Under the pieces are notes generated by a model that did no database searches, was not told where the DNA came from, and saw only the letters and a program-made list of their open reading frames with translations. Positions 28,730-38,713 of a stretch of 47,331 nt of DNA are shown piece by piece. This DNA comes from Candidatus Methylomirabilis sp. (lineage in GTDB: Bacteria; Methylomirabilota; Methylomirabilia; Methylomirabilales; Methylomirabilaceae). A program made the position numbers and the translations under genes. The stretch covers positions 1-47,331 of the forward strand of contig JBGQJI010000004.1 in assembly GCA_041498975.1 (NCBI GenBank). The letters run 5' to 3'. Within the stretch, counting starts at the first letter, position 1, and each line of letters begins with the position of its first letter.

Positions 28730-28937
28730 CGCTGTGGCAATTTCACAATTTTCAATGGTTATGCCCCAACGGTGAATCGCGAACATCTCGATTCTGTCAA
28801 TCCACTTTTCACGATGGGGAAGGTCGTTCCGCTTATGCAACCGCCTTCACTGACGTCAGTGCTCCGAAAGTCCCCCGCAGGCTTTTCTGCCTATGGGCGT
28901 GCCGCAGGATTATGGCAGAGATCGCGTGAACGACCCG

Positions 28938-30557
28938 CTAACCATCGCCCCACGGGTTGTCTGCCCACTCGATCGCCTCGCGGCGGACCGGCCGGCACGC
29001 GAGCTCGCTGGGATCGATGATATCCCTGAGCACCTCACCATCCATGTCGTCCGGAATCGGGGCGCGCATCAAGTAGAGGAGGGTCGGGGCGATGTCAATG
29101 ATGTGACCTCCTTCGACCGTCGCGCCAGGGCGGATGTGGGGGCCGGCGGCGATGAGGAATGCCTTGCCCGAGTGCTCGCTCGTGGAGATATCCATCAGAT
29201 TCTCGTTGAAGACGCCGAGGCGCGGGTGACGGACGGCTGCCACCAACTCGTCAAGAGACCACCTCACGAGCAGGTCCGGAAATTCGTGCGCGTGTGGGCC
29301 TTTCACAATAGTATCCACCCGGGTAACTTCAGCGACAGCCGGGGCCCCCGTCTCCGCGTTCGTGAGCGAGGAGAGCTCCCCGGCGATCTCCTCGCAGAGG
29401 GCGTCATACTCGGCGCCGGGCTCGACGGTGCCCTCGGGCTCGCGGCCGCGCAGGTTGACGCGCACCCAGGTCTGCCCGAACTCGGCCTCGGCGACAGCGC
29501 GCGTGCGGCTCCAGTCGGTGCCCTCGACCCACATGCGTGTCATGATCCGCGTGCGGGTCTCGAGCGAGAGGCGGGCGTTGACGTGGCGGCGGATCGACCA
29601 TGGGATGAAGCCACGAGCGGCGTGGAGGACGCCGGAGAGCACGGACGCCTGCCTCGGAACGTGGTATCCAAGCGCGGTCAGGAGCCGCGGCAGCAGGCGC
29701 AAGCCGTTGGTATTGAGCCTGAAGCCTTGCCCCGCGAAGATGACGACGTCTGTTCCGCTGGGCGCAGCAGCGATCAGTTCACCGATGCTCTGATCTACCT
29801 GCCGATAGACGCGGAGGAGGGCGTCGCCGGCCTGCGCCGCGTGCCGTTCGTTGTACGCCCAGGTACCCGGCCGAGTGTAGCGGAAGAACACGTGGCCGGC
29901 ATTGTGCGTATCGGGGAAGCAGGCTAGGCAGAAGTCCCATGGTCGCTCGCGGAGCAGATCCCGGAGCAGGCCGGTGCGCGTGTCAATCATGCGTTGGAGC
30001 GTCCGCAGGTAGCGCCTCTCGCCGCGCACGCTTCGCCGGACGATGTCGTCATCGAGCCAGCGCGGGTAGCGGCCGTAACGGGCGACGACCTCGTCGAACA
30101 GCCCTGGCGGCCACGACTGATGCCGCAGAGCGGCTCGCTCGCCCCAGCCGATGAGCTCGGTGACAGCATCGTCACCGAGAGGCGCCGTCTTCGGAACGTC
30201 GACGAGCAACACACGGTAGCCATCGCCTGGAGCCACTCCCTTCCTTCGCAGGAGCCACCAGAGCGGTCGCCGGTAGCTCCGATCAGGCGAGAATACCATC
30301 TCGTAACTGCCCGGCCTCACGCAGCGAAAGTTGTAGTGGCCATGCTTGCCGGGGAGACAACCGGTGCTAATCGTTGGCCAGACCGGGTCAGGGAATCGAT
30401 CGGCTATCGAGCGAAGGTGGGCGGTGCTCCCCGCACGGATCAATCCCTGGAGGGTCGGCAGCCGACCCTCCTCCGCCCAACACAGCACGAGGGTGGCGTC
30501 AGCGGCGTCCAAACCTATCGCGAGAACACGCGGTCTCTCTGGGTACGGGGAGGACAT
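28938..30557 (-). CDS. Alkaline phosphatase superfamily (nucleotide pyrophosphatase/phosphodiesterase-like) protein
   Basis: IGLDAAD, PVWPTISTG, D..GH, VNLRGREPEG.V, PDL, H...A.LIAAG, DIAPT. Confidence 0.8.
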   Translation of the reverse strand: MSSPYPERPRVLAIGLDAADATLVLCWAEEGRLPTLQGLIRAGSTAHLRSIADRFPDPVWPTISTGCLPGKHGHYNFRCVRPGSYEMVFSPDRSYRRPLWWLLRRKGVAPGDGYRVLLVDVPKTAPLGDDAVTELIGWGERAALRHQSWPPGLFDEVVARYGRYPRWLDDDIVRRSVRGERRYLRTLQRMIDTRTGLLRDLLRERPWDFCLACFPDTHNAGHVFFRYTRPGTWAYNERHAAQAGDALLRVYRQVDQSIGELIAAAPSGTDVVIFAGQGFRLNTNGLRLLPRLLTALGYHVPRQASVLSGVLHAARGFIPWSIRRHVNARLSLETRTRIMTRMWVEGTDWSRTRAVAEAEFGQTWVRVNLRGREPEGTVEPGAEYDALCEEIAGELSSLTNAETGAPAVAEVTRVDTIVKGPHAHEFPDLLVRWSLDELVAAVRHPRLGVFNENLMDISTSEHSGKAFLIAAGPHIRPGATVEGGHIIDIAPTLLYLMRAPIPDDMDGEVLRDIIDPSELACRPVRREAIEWADNPWGDG

Positions 30558-30569
30558 CGGATCGATCCT

Positions 30570-31763
30570 TCAGAGCGCGGGCAACGCAGAGATCGCGAAA
30601 AAGATCTCACGAATCTCTCGGATGTGGTTTGTAAGATCGTGACGCTCTCGGGTACGCTGGACGACCTGGCTAGGGAGGCGCTGCGTCGGAAAGGCCTGCC
30701 GCGTGGCGACTGCTCGCAGGCACTCCGCGAGCGCCCCTTCGTCTCCGTTGGGAAAGAGGAGCCCGTTGATCCCTGGCTCGACGCTCTCGGCATGACCAGC
30801 GCTCGCGCTGGCGATGACGGGGACGTCACGCGTGATCGCCTCGATCGCGACGAGTCCGAGCGGCTCGGGCCAGAGGGACGGGGTGACGAGGGCCCAGGCG
30901 TCGGCCAGCCGGTCCTCGACCGCTTCGAAGGGTAAGCGGCCGACGAACTCGACCGTGTCGCCGACCCCGAGTTCCGCCGAGAGACGCTCGAGCGCCCGAC
31001 GCCGCCCGCCGTCGCCGATGATGCGAAGGCGGGCCCCCAGGCGGGAGACTCGCGGTCGAGCGAACGCCCGCAAGAGAAGGTCAACGCCCTTCTCGGGGTT
31101 GAAGCGGCCACAGTAGACGAAGACCGGCTCAGACGCAGGCGCACGCCTGTAGCCCGGCCGCGGGGCGGGAACCGGCAAGGCGATCGGTTCGGCGGCGATG
31201 CCGTTTGCCGCGAGCTGCTCGGCCATCCATCGGCTGCAGGCGAGGATGCGGTCGGCGCCCGAGAGGCCGGCCCGCAGCAACGCGTAGCGGGGAAGGTCGC
31301 GTACCCACTCGAGCAGGCCCACGCAGCCACTCCGCCAGCAGATCGCCCCGGCGGGCTCGGTGCAGTGCGAGCCGTCCGGGAACATCTTGAGTGCTGTCGG
31401 GCAGATCGGCTTTGAGTAGAGAACCATCACCACGGTCGGCACCACCCGCAGCGGCAGGAAGATCGCAGGCGAAAGATACTGCTCGAACATGTTCACGCAG
31501 ACGACGTCGGGGCGAAACTCGCGCAGCGCGGCCCGGACGCGGGCCACCGCAAACGGGTTGACGATTTGAAGTGCGACCTGCGCCGCGAGCTGATCCGTAC
31601 CGTAGGCGACATAGTCTGCGGATCCCGCGGCGGCGGATCCGGCCGAGCTCGTGAGCAGACGAACATCGTCCCCGGCGGCGCGCAGACCGTCGCACAACCG
31701 CGATACGTAAACCTCGATCCCGCCCTCGTTGGCCGTCCAGTCGGTGATCACGAGGACGCGCAT
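30570..31763 (-). CDS. Glycosyltransferase family 4
   Basis: GGIE, YCGRFNPEKG, PSLWPEPLGLVAIEA. Confidence 0.88.
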   Translation of the reverse strand: MRVLVITDWTANEGGIEVYVSRLCDGLRAAGDDVRLLTSSAGSAAAGSADYVAYGTDQLAAQVALQIVNPFAVARVRAALREFRPDVVCVNMFEQYLSPAIFLPLRVVPTVVMVLYSKPICPTALKMFPDGSHCTEPAGAICWRSGCVGLLEWVRDLPRYALLRAGLSGADRILACSRWMAEQLAANGIAAEPIALPVPAPRPGYRRAPASEPVFVYCGRFNPEKGVDLLLRAFARPRVSRLGARLRIIGDGGRRRALERLSAELGVGDTVEFVGRLPFEAVEDRLADAWALVTPSLWPEPLGLVAIEAITRDVPVIASASAGHAESVEPGINGLLFPNGDEGALAECLRAVATRQAFPTQRLPSQVVQRTRERHDLTNHIREIREIFFAISALPAL

Positions 31764-31766
31764 GGC

Positions 31767-32825
31767 TCAGGCGTGAGGAGCGGCGACGAGCACCATCTCA
31801 CCGGCGCGGGCCGAGGCTTCGGCGGCAAGGACGACCTCGAGGCTGCGCAGACCGTCTATCATCGAAGGCAGCTCACGCGACCGGCCGCGCAGCGCCTCAA
31901 CGAACGCCCGCAACGATCGACGGTAGGAGGGCTCGTGGGCTGGCCGCAGGAACTTGCGCACCCGCCACGGGGTGACCGCCCCAGGCGGTGGCAGACGGCG
32001 GCGACGCACCGCGCCAACGTCGCTCCGCGTCAGCGCCAGCTCCAGCGAAAGAGCGTAGCGGTCGAGAAGCAACATCCCCTGCTCGCCGATGAAGCGGAAG
32101 AAATCGCCGCGCCCGGCGCAGAAGGAAAAGAAGCCGCTCGCTACGGTGCCCCGCGCCGTGCAGAGCTCGATCCAGGCGGTGTCATCCTGGGTCCTCCGAG
32201 TCATGATGGAGGCCTCGACCCGCTCGATCTCGTCGTCGAGGAACCAGCGGAGCAGGTCGATCTGATGTGAAGCGAGGTCGAGCAGCGCGCCGCCGCCGGT
32301 CGCACGCCAGCGCTTCCAGTCCGGCATCGACTCCACCGAGGCCGGCTCGCAGAAGGAGGTCTGCACCGCATACACGGCGCCGATCGCCCCGTCGAGAAGC
32401 AGCTTCCTGGCTCGCTGGTGCAGCGGGTGGAAGCGGTGGTTGAATCCGATCGCCCCGATTATCTCCGCTCGCGCCACAGCGTCGACGACGCGCCGCGCGT
32501 CTGCAGCGCAGGTCGCGATCGGCTTCTCGAGGTAGAGGTGCTTGCCCGCTTCCGCGGCGGCGATCGCCAGCTCGGCATGTCGGTCGCTCGGCGCGCAGAT
32601 GACGACGGCGGCAATATCGTCGCGCGCGAGAAGCTCGGCAGCGTCGGCGACCGACTCGATGCCCGCGATCCGCCGAGCGTGTGCTCGCGCTTCCGGCGAG
32701 GGGTCGGCGCCGGCGACGACCGCCGCGCCCGGCACCCGCCGAAGCACCCGCAGGTGCACGGCCGAGGCAATCGCCCCAATCCCGATAAGGCCAATGCGGA
32801 TTGGTCCGGAATCGCGCCGACTCAC
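31767..32825 (-). CDS. Gfo/Idh/MocA family oxidoreductase
   Basis: GLIGIGAIA, GKHLYLEKP, GFNHRF, GGGALLDLASHQID. Confidence 0.9.
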   Translation of the reverse strand: MSRRDSGPIRIGLIGIGAIASAVHLRVLRRVPGAAVVAGADPSPEARAHARRIAGIESVADAAELLARDDIAAVVICAPSDRHAELAIAAAEAGKHLYLEKPIATCAADARRVVDAVARAEIIGAIGFNHRFHPLHQRARKLLLDGAIGAVYAVQTSFCEPASVESMPDWKRWRATGGGALLDLASHQIDLLRWFLDDEIERVEASIMTRRTQDDTAWIELCTARGTVASGFFSFCAGRGDFFRFIGEQGMLLLDRYALSLELALTRSDVGAVRRRRLPPPGAVTPWRVRKFLRPAHEPSYRRSLRAFVEALRGRSRELPSMIDGLRSLEVVLAAEASARAGEMVLVAAPHA

Positions 32826-32837
32826 GCCTTACGCCTC

Positions 32838-33986
32838 CTACCCTCCCAGCAACCGCTCGTGCGCCTCATAGAGCCGTCGACCGAGCGCGGTCCAAGTGAG
32901 CTCGGCCAGCTGCGGCTTCCCCGCTGACGGCGTCAGCTCAAGCGCCCGAATCGTGGCCGCAAACCGGCTCAGCTCTGACACCGCCAGGTGGTCGCGCAGG
33001 TGTTCGAATCCCCTCATCCCGACCGGGGTCGTGATAACGGGCAGCCCGGCGGCGAGGTACTCGGCCATCTTGACATTCGATCCGGACCCGTAGATGACCG
33101 GGTTCACGGCAATGTCTGCGGCAGCGAAGAGCGGTCTCAGATCTTGGACGTAGCCGAGCCGCTGCACCGGCCCGTCGTCGCTCCGATTTCCCCGGCCGCC
33201 GCCGCACTGCCCGGCAATGAGTAGCCGCACCCGCTTACCGAGCTGGGGTAAGAGCTCCCACTCCAGGTAGCGGACCGCCTGACGATTGTGGTGCGCCGGT
33301 CCACCGATGAAGAGCAGCGCGAGCTCGTCGGGCGCAACGCCGAGTGAGGCGCGCGCGGCCTCGCGCAGGCGCCCGCGTTCGAAGTCGAGCAGCTCGTGGT
33401 CGAACCCGTTCGGGACGATCACGAATTCCGGGCCATCTCCGTAGAGCTCGCCGAGACGGGTCGCATCCGCCTCGGTACAGGTCACGACGAGGTCGCTCGC
33501 ATGCACCGCACGCCTCTCCAGCTCCCCGACACGCCTTAGCATATACCCGCGCAAGATCGAGTGAGGTTGCGCGCGAAGATAATCATGCTCCACATTGTGA
33601 GCCACGTAGGTGACTTTCACTCCGCGGGGCCCGCGCGACATCCAGGAGGCGTGCGCGCAGAAATGGTACTGCACGACGTCGTAGTCGGCGAACCCCCGCA
33701 GCCGACGCCGAGGGCCGAGCGAGAAGGGCTGGTATGAGAGCGCAGCCAGGGAGGGAACAAGATGATCGCGCAGCAGTAGTGGCAGAGCGTTCGAGGCGAA
33801 GCCGTGCTGGTGGACGGTGAGACCGTCACGGGCAAAGCGCCGTAGCGGCATGCCCGGGTACCAGGGGCAGAGTACGTCAACCGTCGCGCCGGCGCGCGCC
33901 AGTCCGATAGCAAGCCGATGCGTTCGGACCCGGCCCCCGTGGGAGGGCGGAAAGATGGGATAGGGAGTAACGATCAAAATCTTCAC
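32838..33986 (-). CDS. Glycosyltransferase family 4-like
   Basis: PYPIFPPSHGG.R, HNVE, VPNG, GSGSNVKMAEYLAAGLPVITTPVG. Confidence 0.85.
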   Translation of the reverse strand: MKILIVTPYPIFPPSHGGRVRTHRLAIGLARAGATVDVLCPWYPGMPLRRFARDGLTVHQHGFASNALPLLLRDHLVPSLAALSYQPFSLGPRRRLRGFADYDVVQYHFCAHASWMSRGPRGVKVTYVAHNVEHDYLRAQPHSILRGYMLRRVGELERRAVHASDLVVTCTEADATRLGELYGDGPEFVIVPNGFDHELLDFERGRLREAARASLGVAPDELALLFIGGPAHHNRQAVRYLEWELLPQLGKRVRLLIAGQCGGGRGNRSDDGPVQRLGYVQDLRPLFAAADIAVNPVIYGSGSNVKMAEYLAAGLPVITTPVGMRGFEHLRDHLAVSELSRFAATIRALELTPSAGKPQLAELTWTALGRRLYEAHERLLGG

Positions 33987-34345
33987 GGGCCCAGCCCGAT
34001 CAAGGAGCGGTCGGAGTCGTTGTCAGTTGCCACAGCAGGCGGCCCGCTCGTCACCCGGCAAACCCACATCGCTCTCAGGCAATTAGAGGCCCGCTGCGAG
34101 CGCAGGGCCGGAACGGTAGCTCGCGCGTAAAAGGCCAGGCCGGATTGCAGCGTCAAGGAGACAGGAATGCGATCTGCATCGCTGTGACCTGTCGCCGCCT
34201 ATCCCTGACGCCAGGTGTGATCGGTGGCCGACATACCGCAAGGAGCCGCCATAAAGGCGTGCGCTGACGGCGGATCAGCATTTTGAGTGGAGAGAGTAAC
34301 CAATGTGATCTTTTCATGTCAAGCCGAGGTCAGCTTCCAGACAGC

Positions 34346-34489
34346 CCGGAGGTAGATCAGGACGTTCGAGAGGTGCCGGCGGATGAGCTTGGCCACCTTG
34401 ACCATCGGCTCGATGCGATTACGGGTGGCTCGCCAGAACCATCGGGCGAAGCCCTGCTTCGCGGCCTCGAGGCAGTTGGGGTCCCAGAC
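34346..34489 (-). mobile_element. ISL3-family transposase fragment
   Basis: Minus-strand translation [48 protein letters not shown] resembles the C-terminal region of ISL3 transposases. Confidence 0.65.
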
Positions 34490-34782
34490 GTGGCGGGACG
34501 CCGGCCTTCAAGGCGCGATAGAGCTCGCCCCCCGAGACGACGTCAGCGCCTCCTCCGAGATCCGTGAACAGCTTCAGTGCCGCCAGGTTGGAGTTGGCCT
34601 CTAGGGCGAAACAGATCAGGTGGGGAATGTCGGCAAACGCCTGATCGAAGACCCTGAAGTGGTGAGTGAGCGTGGCATGGCTGTACAGATAGAACGGGGT
34701 GCCGACCTCGTCCGCGATCCGGTCGATCGGCACCTCCTCACACATGAGCTGATCGCCACGATCGATATTGAAAATGATGCAT
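34489..34782 (-). pseudogene. lysA: Truncated lysA 5' copy (direct repeat copy 2; extends to 34847 including promoter)
   Basis: Same ATG CAT CAT TTT start; 4-bp CGAT insertion frameshift after codon 6; catalytic K changed to E (ALEAN); truncated at the IS fragment. Confidence 0.9.
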
Positions 34783-34895
34783 CTGTAACTCCTCTAACAG
34801 GACACGCAGAATTCTGACATAGGGAAGGAAGGGTGTCAAAAGGAAAGTAGGCGTTCTAACTTGCCAGGCTGAGGAAGAAATCAGTTGAAGTCGCG

Positions 34896-35942
34896 CTAAG
34901 GAACGAAAACCTCTACCTCGACGGAGGGGGCGCTCTCGTTTCGCCGAGAAGAAGCATCTACGGCAGTGACAGTATAGACGTAACGCCCGCCAGCTCGAAC
35001 CGACCGATCGTAGAGGGCAGGTGCCGTAAATGGCGTCTCGATCAGCCGGCGAGGACGGCGGTTCGGGGCGTCGCTTCGATAGACCAGGTAGCCCAGGAGG
35101 TCGAATTCCCGGTTCGGCTCCCAGCTTAACGAAACCACCGTGCCGGGCCCTGGGACTGCCCGCACGCCCTGGGGAGGGGCAGGAGGCGTGAGGTCGACAG
35201 GAGTGGCGCTCACCTCGCCCGACTGGAGGCCCTCCTGCCAGGGCGGCTCCTGATTCTCGACGGCTTTCACGATATAATAGTAGGCTTGATCATTCACCAG
35301 ATCGCTATCCTGGAACTCGCTGGCCGGGACGAGCCCTCGATTGACGGGGCGGGGATCGTACCGGCCCGGGTTGGTCCCCCGATAGATGTTGTAGCCCGGA
35401 ATTTCGGCGATCGGGGTTCCATCGGCTCGCCGAGTCGGCGCGGACCAGGCGAGGCGGATCGCCCGTTCGCCGGCCTCTGCTCGCAGGTCGGATGGCGCAG
35501 CGATCTCCACAGTGACAAGGGCAGTGGCCTCTGACGATGGTGGGCCAGCGATCTCGCGCCGATTCATCGATTCCACTTGGTAGGCGTACCTGGCTCCCAC
35601 GACGACGGTCTCATCGGTGAAGGCGTACCGCTTCCCTGAGACGACGGCATTGTCCGGTTTGTCCGCCTTGACGGTGGCGATGGCGGAGAAGGCGGAAACG
35701 CGCGGCGCCTGCTCCTGACGGGAGATCCGAAATGCGCCGAGGCTCTTGAGGACGGTGCCATCCATATTAGTTGTCGGACGAGTCCACGTGAGGATCACGA
35801 CCCGCCGCTGCACCTGAGCCTGGAGATCGCCCGGCGGTGACGGCTCGATCAAGATCGGGACCACAGGAGCGCCCCTTCGACCGCAGCCGGCGAGCAAGAG
35901 CAGCGCAAGCACCGCCAGAAGGACGATCCGCCGCGTCCTCAC
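34896..35942 (-). CDS. Lipoprotein with fibronectin type III-like repeats
   Basis: Lipobox LAGC followed by GRRGAP; three beta-rich repeats (LTW/LAW/LSW...YNIYR...F.D...Y.Y.V.AV). Confidence 0.8.
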   Translation of the reverse strand: MRTRRIVLLAVLALLLLAGCGRRGAPVVPILIEPSPPGDLQAQVQRRVVILTWTRPTTNMDGTVLKSLGAFRISRQEQAPRVSAFSAIATVKADKPDNAVVSGKRYAFTDETVVVGARYAYQVESMNRREIAGPPSSEATALVTVEIAAPSDLRAEAGERAIRLAWSAPTRRADGTPIAEIPGYNIYRGTNPGRYDPRPVNRGLVPASEFQDSDLVNDQAYYYIVKAVENQEPPWQEGLQSGEVSATPVDLTPPAPPQGVRAVPGPGTVVSLSWEPNREFDLLGYLVYRSDAPNRRPRRLIETPFTAPALYDRSVRAGGRYVYTVTAVDASSRRNESAPSVEVEVFVP

Positions 35943-35943
35943 C

Positions 35944-37341
35944 TTATCGGCTCCGAAGTCTGGCCTTGGCCATCGCGATCGCCTTTTTCACCGTCGCCGT
36001 CGCTGTCCCACCGACGGCCCTCCGTCGCTCGACGCACGCCTCCAGGGCGATGTAGGCAGAGACATCGCGGTCGAAAAGCGGCGAGGCGGCCTGCAGTTCC
36101 TTCAGTGACAGCTCCTCGAGCCGGCATCGCCTGGCGAGGCAGCGCCGGACCACCCGGCCCACGACCTCATGGGCCTGGCGGAACGGCATCCCCTTGCGCA
36201 CGAGGTAGTCGGCCATGTCCGTCGCATTCAAAAACCCGTCCTTCGCGGCCTGATGCATTCGATCCCGATGGAACGTCAGTTCCGTGATCAACGACGCCAT
36301 CACTGACAGAGCCGCCTTGACACTGTCCACGCTGTCGAAGAGGGGTTCCTTGTCCTCCTGGAGATCTCGGTTATAGCTCAGCGGAAGCGCTTTCACGGTC
36401 GTGAGCAGCGCGACCAGGGCGCCGAATACGCGCCCGGTTTTCGCCCGGGTCAGCTCCGCCACGTCCGGGTTCTTCTTCTGCGGCATCATGCTGGAGCCGG
36501 TCGAGAAGGCGTCAGGCAGCTCGATAAACCCGAACTCGGCCGACGCCCACAGGACGATCTCCTCTGCAAGTCGGGACAGGTGTGCCATCAGCAAGGCGCA
36601 AGCGGCCAGCGACTCGATGACGAAATCGCGATCCGAGACGGCGTCAAGCGAGTTGGCTGAAAGCGCCTTGAAGCCGAGTTGCCTCGCGATGAAGCGCCGG
36701 TCGATCGGCAGGCCTACGCCCGCCAGGGCGCCAGACCCGAGGGGGAGCACCTCCACCCTGGCCAGCGCATCCTCGAGCCGGGCGCGATCCCGCTCGAGCA
36801 TCTCCACATACGCCATCAGGTGATGGGCAAGGAGGACCGGCTGGGCCCGCTGCAGATGCGTGTAGCCGGGCATGATCAGGTCGAGATGCGCATCGGCCTG
36901 GACGATCAGGGCGCGCTCAAGGCCTGCCGCGAAGCGGCGAATCTCTCGTATCTCCTCCCGCAGGTAGAGGCGAAGATCGAGCGCGACCTGGTCGTTCCGG
37001 CTCCGGCCGGTGTGCAGTTTTCCGCCCGCCTCCCCCGCCTTTTCGATGAGGCGGGCCTCGATCGCCATATGAATGTCCTCGAAGGAGGGGTCGAAGCGGA
37101 ACTCTCCGCGCTCGATCTCGCCGCCGATCTCCTGAAGCCCCACCACGATCTTGTCGGCCTCGGCCTTCGACAAGAGGCCGCATCTGGCCAGCATCCGCGC
37201 ATGCGCGACGCTGCCCTGAATGTCGTACTTGTACAGGCGGCGGTCAAAGTGGATGGAGGCAGTGTAGGCTTCCACCCCTGGATCGGTCGCGTGCGCAAAC
37301 CGCCCGCCCCATAACTTCCCGCTCTTTCGCTTCACCGTCAT
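35944..37341 (-). CDS. argH: Argininosuccinate lyase
   Basis: LWGGRF, HTGRSRNDQ, GYTHLQ, GSSMMPQKKNPD. Confidence 0.97.
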   Translation of the reverse strand: MTVKRKSGKLWGGRFAHATDPGVEAYTASIHFDRRLYKYDIQGSVAHARMLARCGLLSKAEADKIVVGLQEIGGEIERGEFRFDPSFEDIHMAIEARLIEKAGEAGGKLHTGRSRNDQVALDLRLYLREEIREIRRFAAGLERALIVQADAHLDLIMPGYTHLQRAQPVLLAHHLMAYVEMLERDRARLEDALARVEVLPLGSGALAGVGLPIDRRFIARQLGFKALSANSLDAVSDRDFVIESLAACALLMAHLSRLAEEIVLWASAEFGFIELPDAFSTGSSMMPQKKNPDVAELTRAKTGRVFGALVALLTTVKALPLSYNRDLQEDKEPLFDSVDSVKAALSVMASLITELTFHRDRMHQAAKDGFLNATDMADYLVRKGMPFRQAHEVVGRVVRRCLARRCRLEELSLKELQAASPLFDRDVSAYIALEACVERRRAVGGTATATVKKAIAMAKARLRSR

Positions 37342-37351
37342 CGTCCCGACT

Positions 37352-38680
37352 TCATCCCAGCCGCTTCGTCAAAGTTCCGCCTTTGCGCCCGGCCTTCTCC
37401 TTCGCACTTCGCACCCCGGACCTCGCACCTCGCACTTCGCGCTCTCTTCTCAGGGCCTGCCCTGAGCCCTGTCGAAGGGCGCGTATCCTGAGCCGAAGCG
37501 CGTTCAGGCGGATGAACCCTTCGGCGTCCTTCTGCCGGTACACCTGGTCTTCTTCAAATGTGGCGAAGGCTGGATCGTACAGAGAAGTCCCGGATTTTCG
37601 CCCGACGACCTCGCAATTGCCTTTATAGAGCTTGACACGCGCAATTCCGGTGACTCCCTTCTGCGACTCGTCGATCGTCCTCTGGAGCAGTTCCATCTCC
37701 GGGGAGAACCAGTAGCCGTAGTAGACGAGCTCCGAGAAGCGCGGAATGAGCGAATCTCGCAGGTGCATCACCTCGCGATCCATGGTGATCGATTCCACGG
37801 CTCGGTGGGCCGCGTGCAGGATCGTTCCGCCCGGCGTCTCGTACACCCCGCGAGATTTCATCCCCACGTACCGGTTCTCGACAACGTCAACGCGTCCGAC
37901 GCCATGCTCGCCTCCGACCCGGTTCAAGCGATCAAGGAGCCTCGCGGGAGAGAGCCGCTTGCCGTCCAGGGCAACGGGCACACCATCCTCGAACTCAACC
38001 TCGACATAGGTCGCATGATCGGGCGCCTTCTCCGGCGAGACGCTCAGGACGAACATCTGTTCCGGCGGCTCCTGCCAGGGGTCTTCGAGGATGCCCCCCT
38101 CGAAGCTGATGTGGAACAGGTTCCGGTCGGTACTGTAGGGGCGTGCCTTCGTGGTCGGGACCGGGATATGATGCCTCTTGGCGTAGGCAATGAGGTCGGA
38201 GCGCGATCGCAGGTCCCACTCGCGCCACGGGGCGATGACTCTGATGTGAGGGTCGATGGCATAGTATGAGAGCTCGAAGCGGACTTGGTCGTTCCCCTTG
38301 CCGGTCGCGCCATGTGCAACGGCGCCCGCACGCTCTCTCCTGGCCACTGCCATTTGGTGCATTGCGATCAGTGGCCTGGCCATCGAGGTGCCGAGCAGGT
38401 ATCGTCCCTCGTAGGCGGCATTGGCCTTCAGGCACGGGAAAACGAAGTCCCGGACGAACTCCTCCTTCAGGTCTTTGATGTAGACCTTGCCGGCGCCGGT
38501 CTTCAGCGCCTTCTCCCGCACCGAGTTCAGCTCTTCTCCCTGCCCCAGGTCGGCGCAGAATGCCACCACCTCTGCCCCATAGGTCTCGATGAGCCAGCGC
38601 AGGATCACTGACGTGTCCAGGCCCCCGGAGTACGCCAGTACGATCTTGCCCAGTCCATTCGCCCGCTTTCTTGGCCCCAC
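37352..38680 (-). CDS. argG: Argininosuccinate synthase with repeat-derived C-terminal tail
   Basis: [35 protein letters not shown] start after GAGGGG. Confidence 0.96.
   Translation of the reverse strand: MGPRKRANGLGKIVLAYSGGLDTSVILRWLIETYGAEVVAFCADLGQGEELNSVREKALKTGAGKVYIKDLKEEFVRDFVFPCLKANAAYEGRYLLGTSMARPLIAMHQMAVARRERAGAVAHGATGKGNDQVRFELSYYAIDPHIRVIAPWREWDLRSRSDLIAYAKRHHIPVPTTKARPYSTDRNLFHISFEGGILEDPWQEPPEQMFVLSVSPEKAPDHATYVEVEFEDGVPVALDGKRLSPARLLDRLNRVGGEHGVGRVDVVENRYVGMKSRGVYETPGGTILHAAHRAVESITMDREVMHLRDSLIPRFSELVYYGYWFSPEMELLQRTIDESQKGVTGIARVKLYKGNCEVVGRKSGTSLYDPAFATFEEDQVYRQKDAEGFIRLNALRLRIRALRQGSGQALRREREVRGARSGVRSAKEKAGRKGGTLTKRLG
37401..37480. repeat. Heptamer array (CGCACYT)n plus REP-like CCTGAGCCCTGTCGAAGGG inside the argG 3' end
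   Basis: cgcactt cgcaccc cggacct cgcacct cgcactt; gcctgccctgagccctgtcgaagggc at 37455-37480. Confidence 0.8.
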
Positions 38681-38713
38681 CTTAAATCCCCTCGTAATGT
38701 GCAAAACCGGACC

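Noticed and set aside
28733..28748. CRP or Rex site upstream of lysA
   Set aside because: Half-site spacing is one base short for both consensus motifs.
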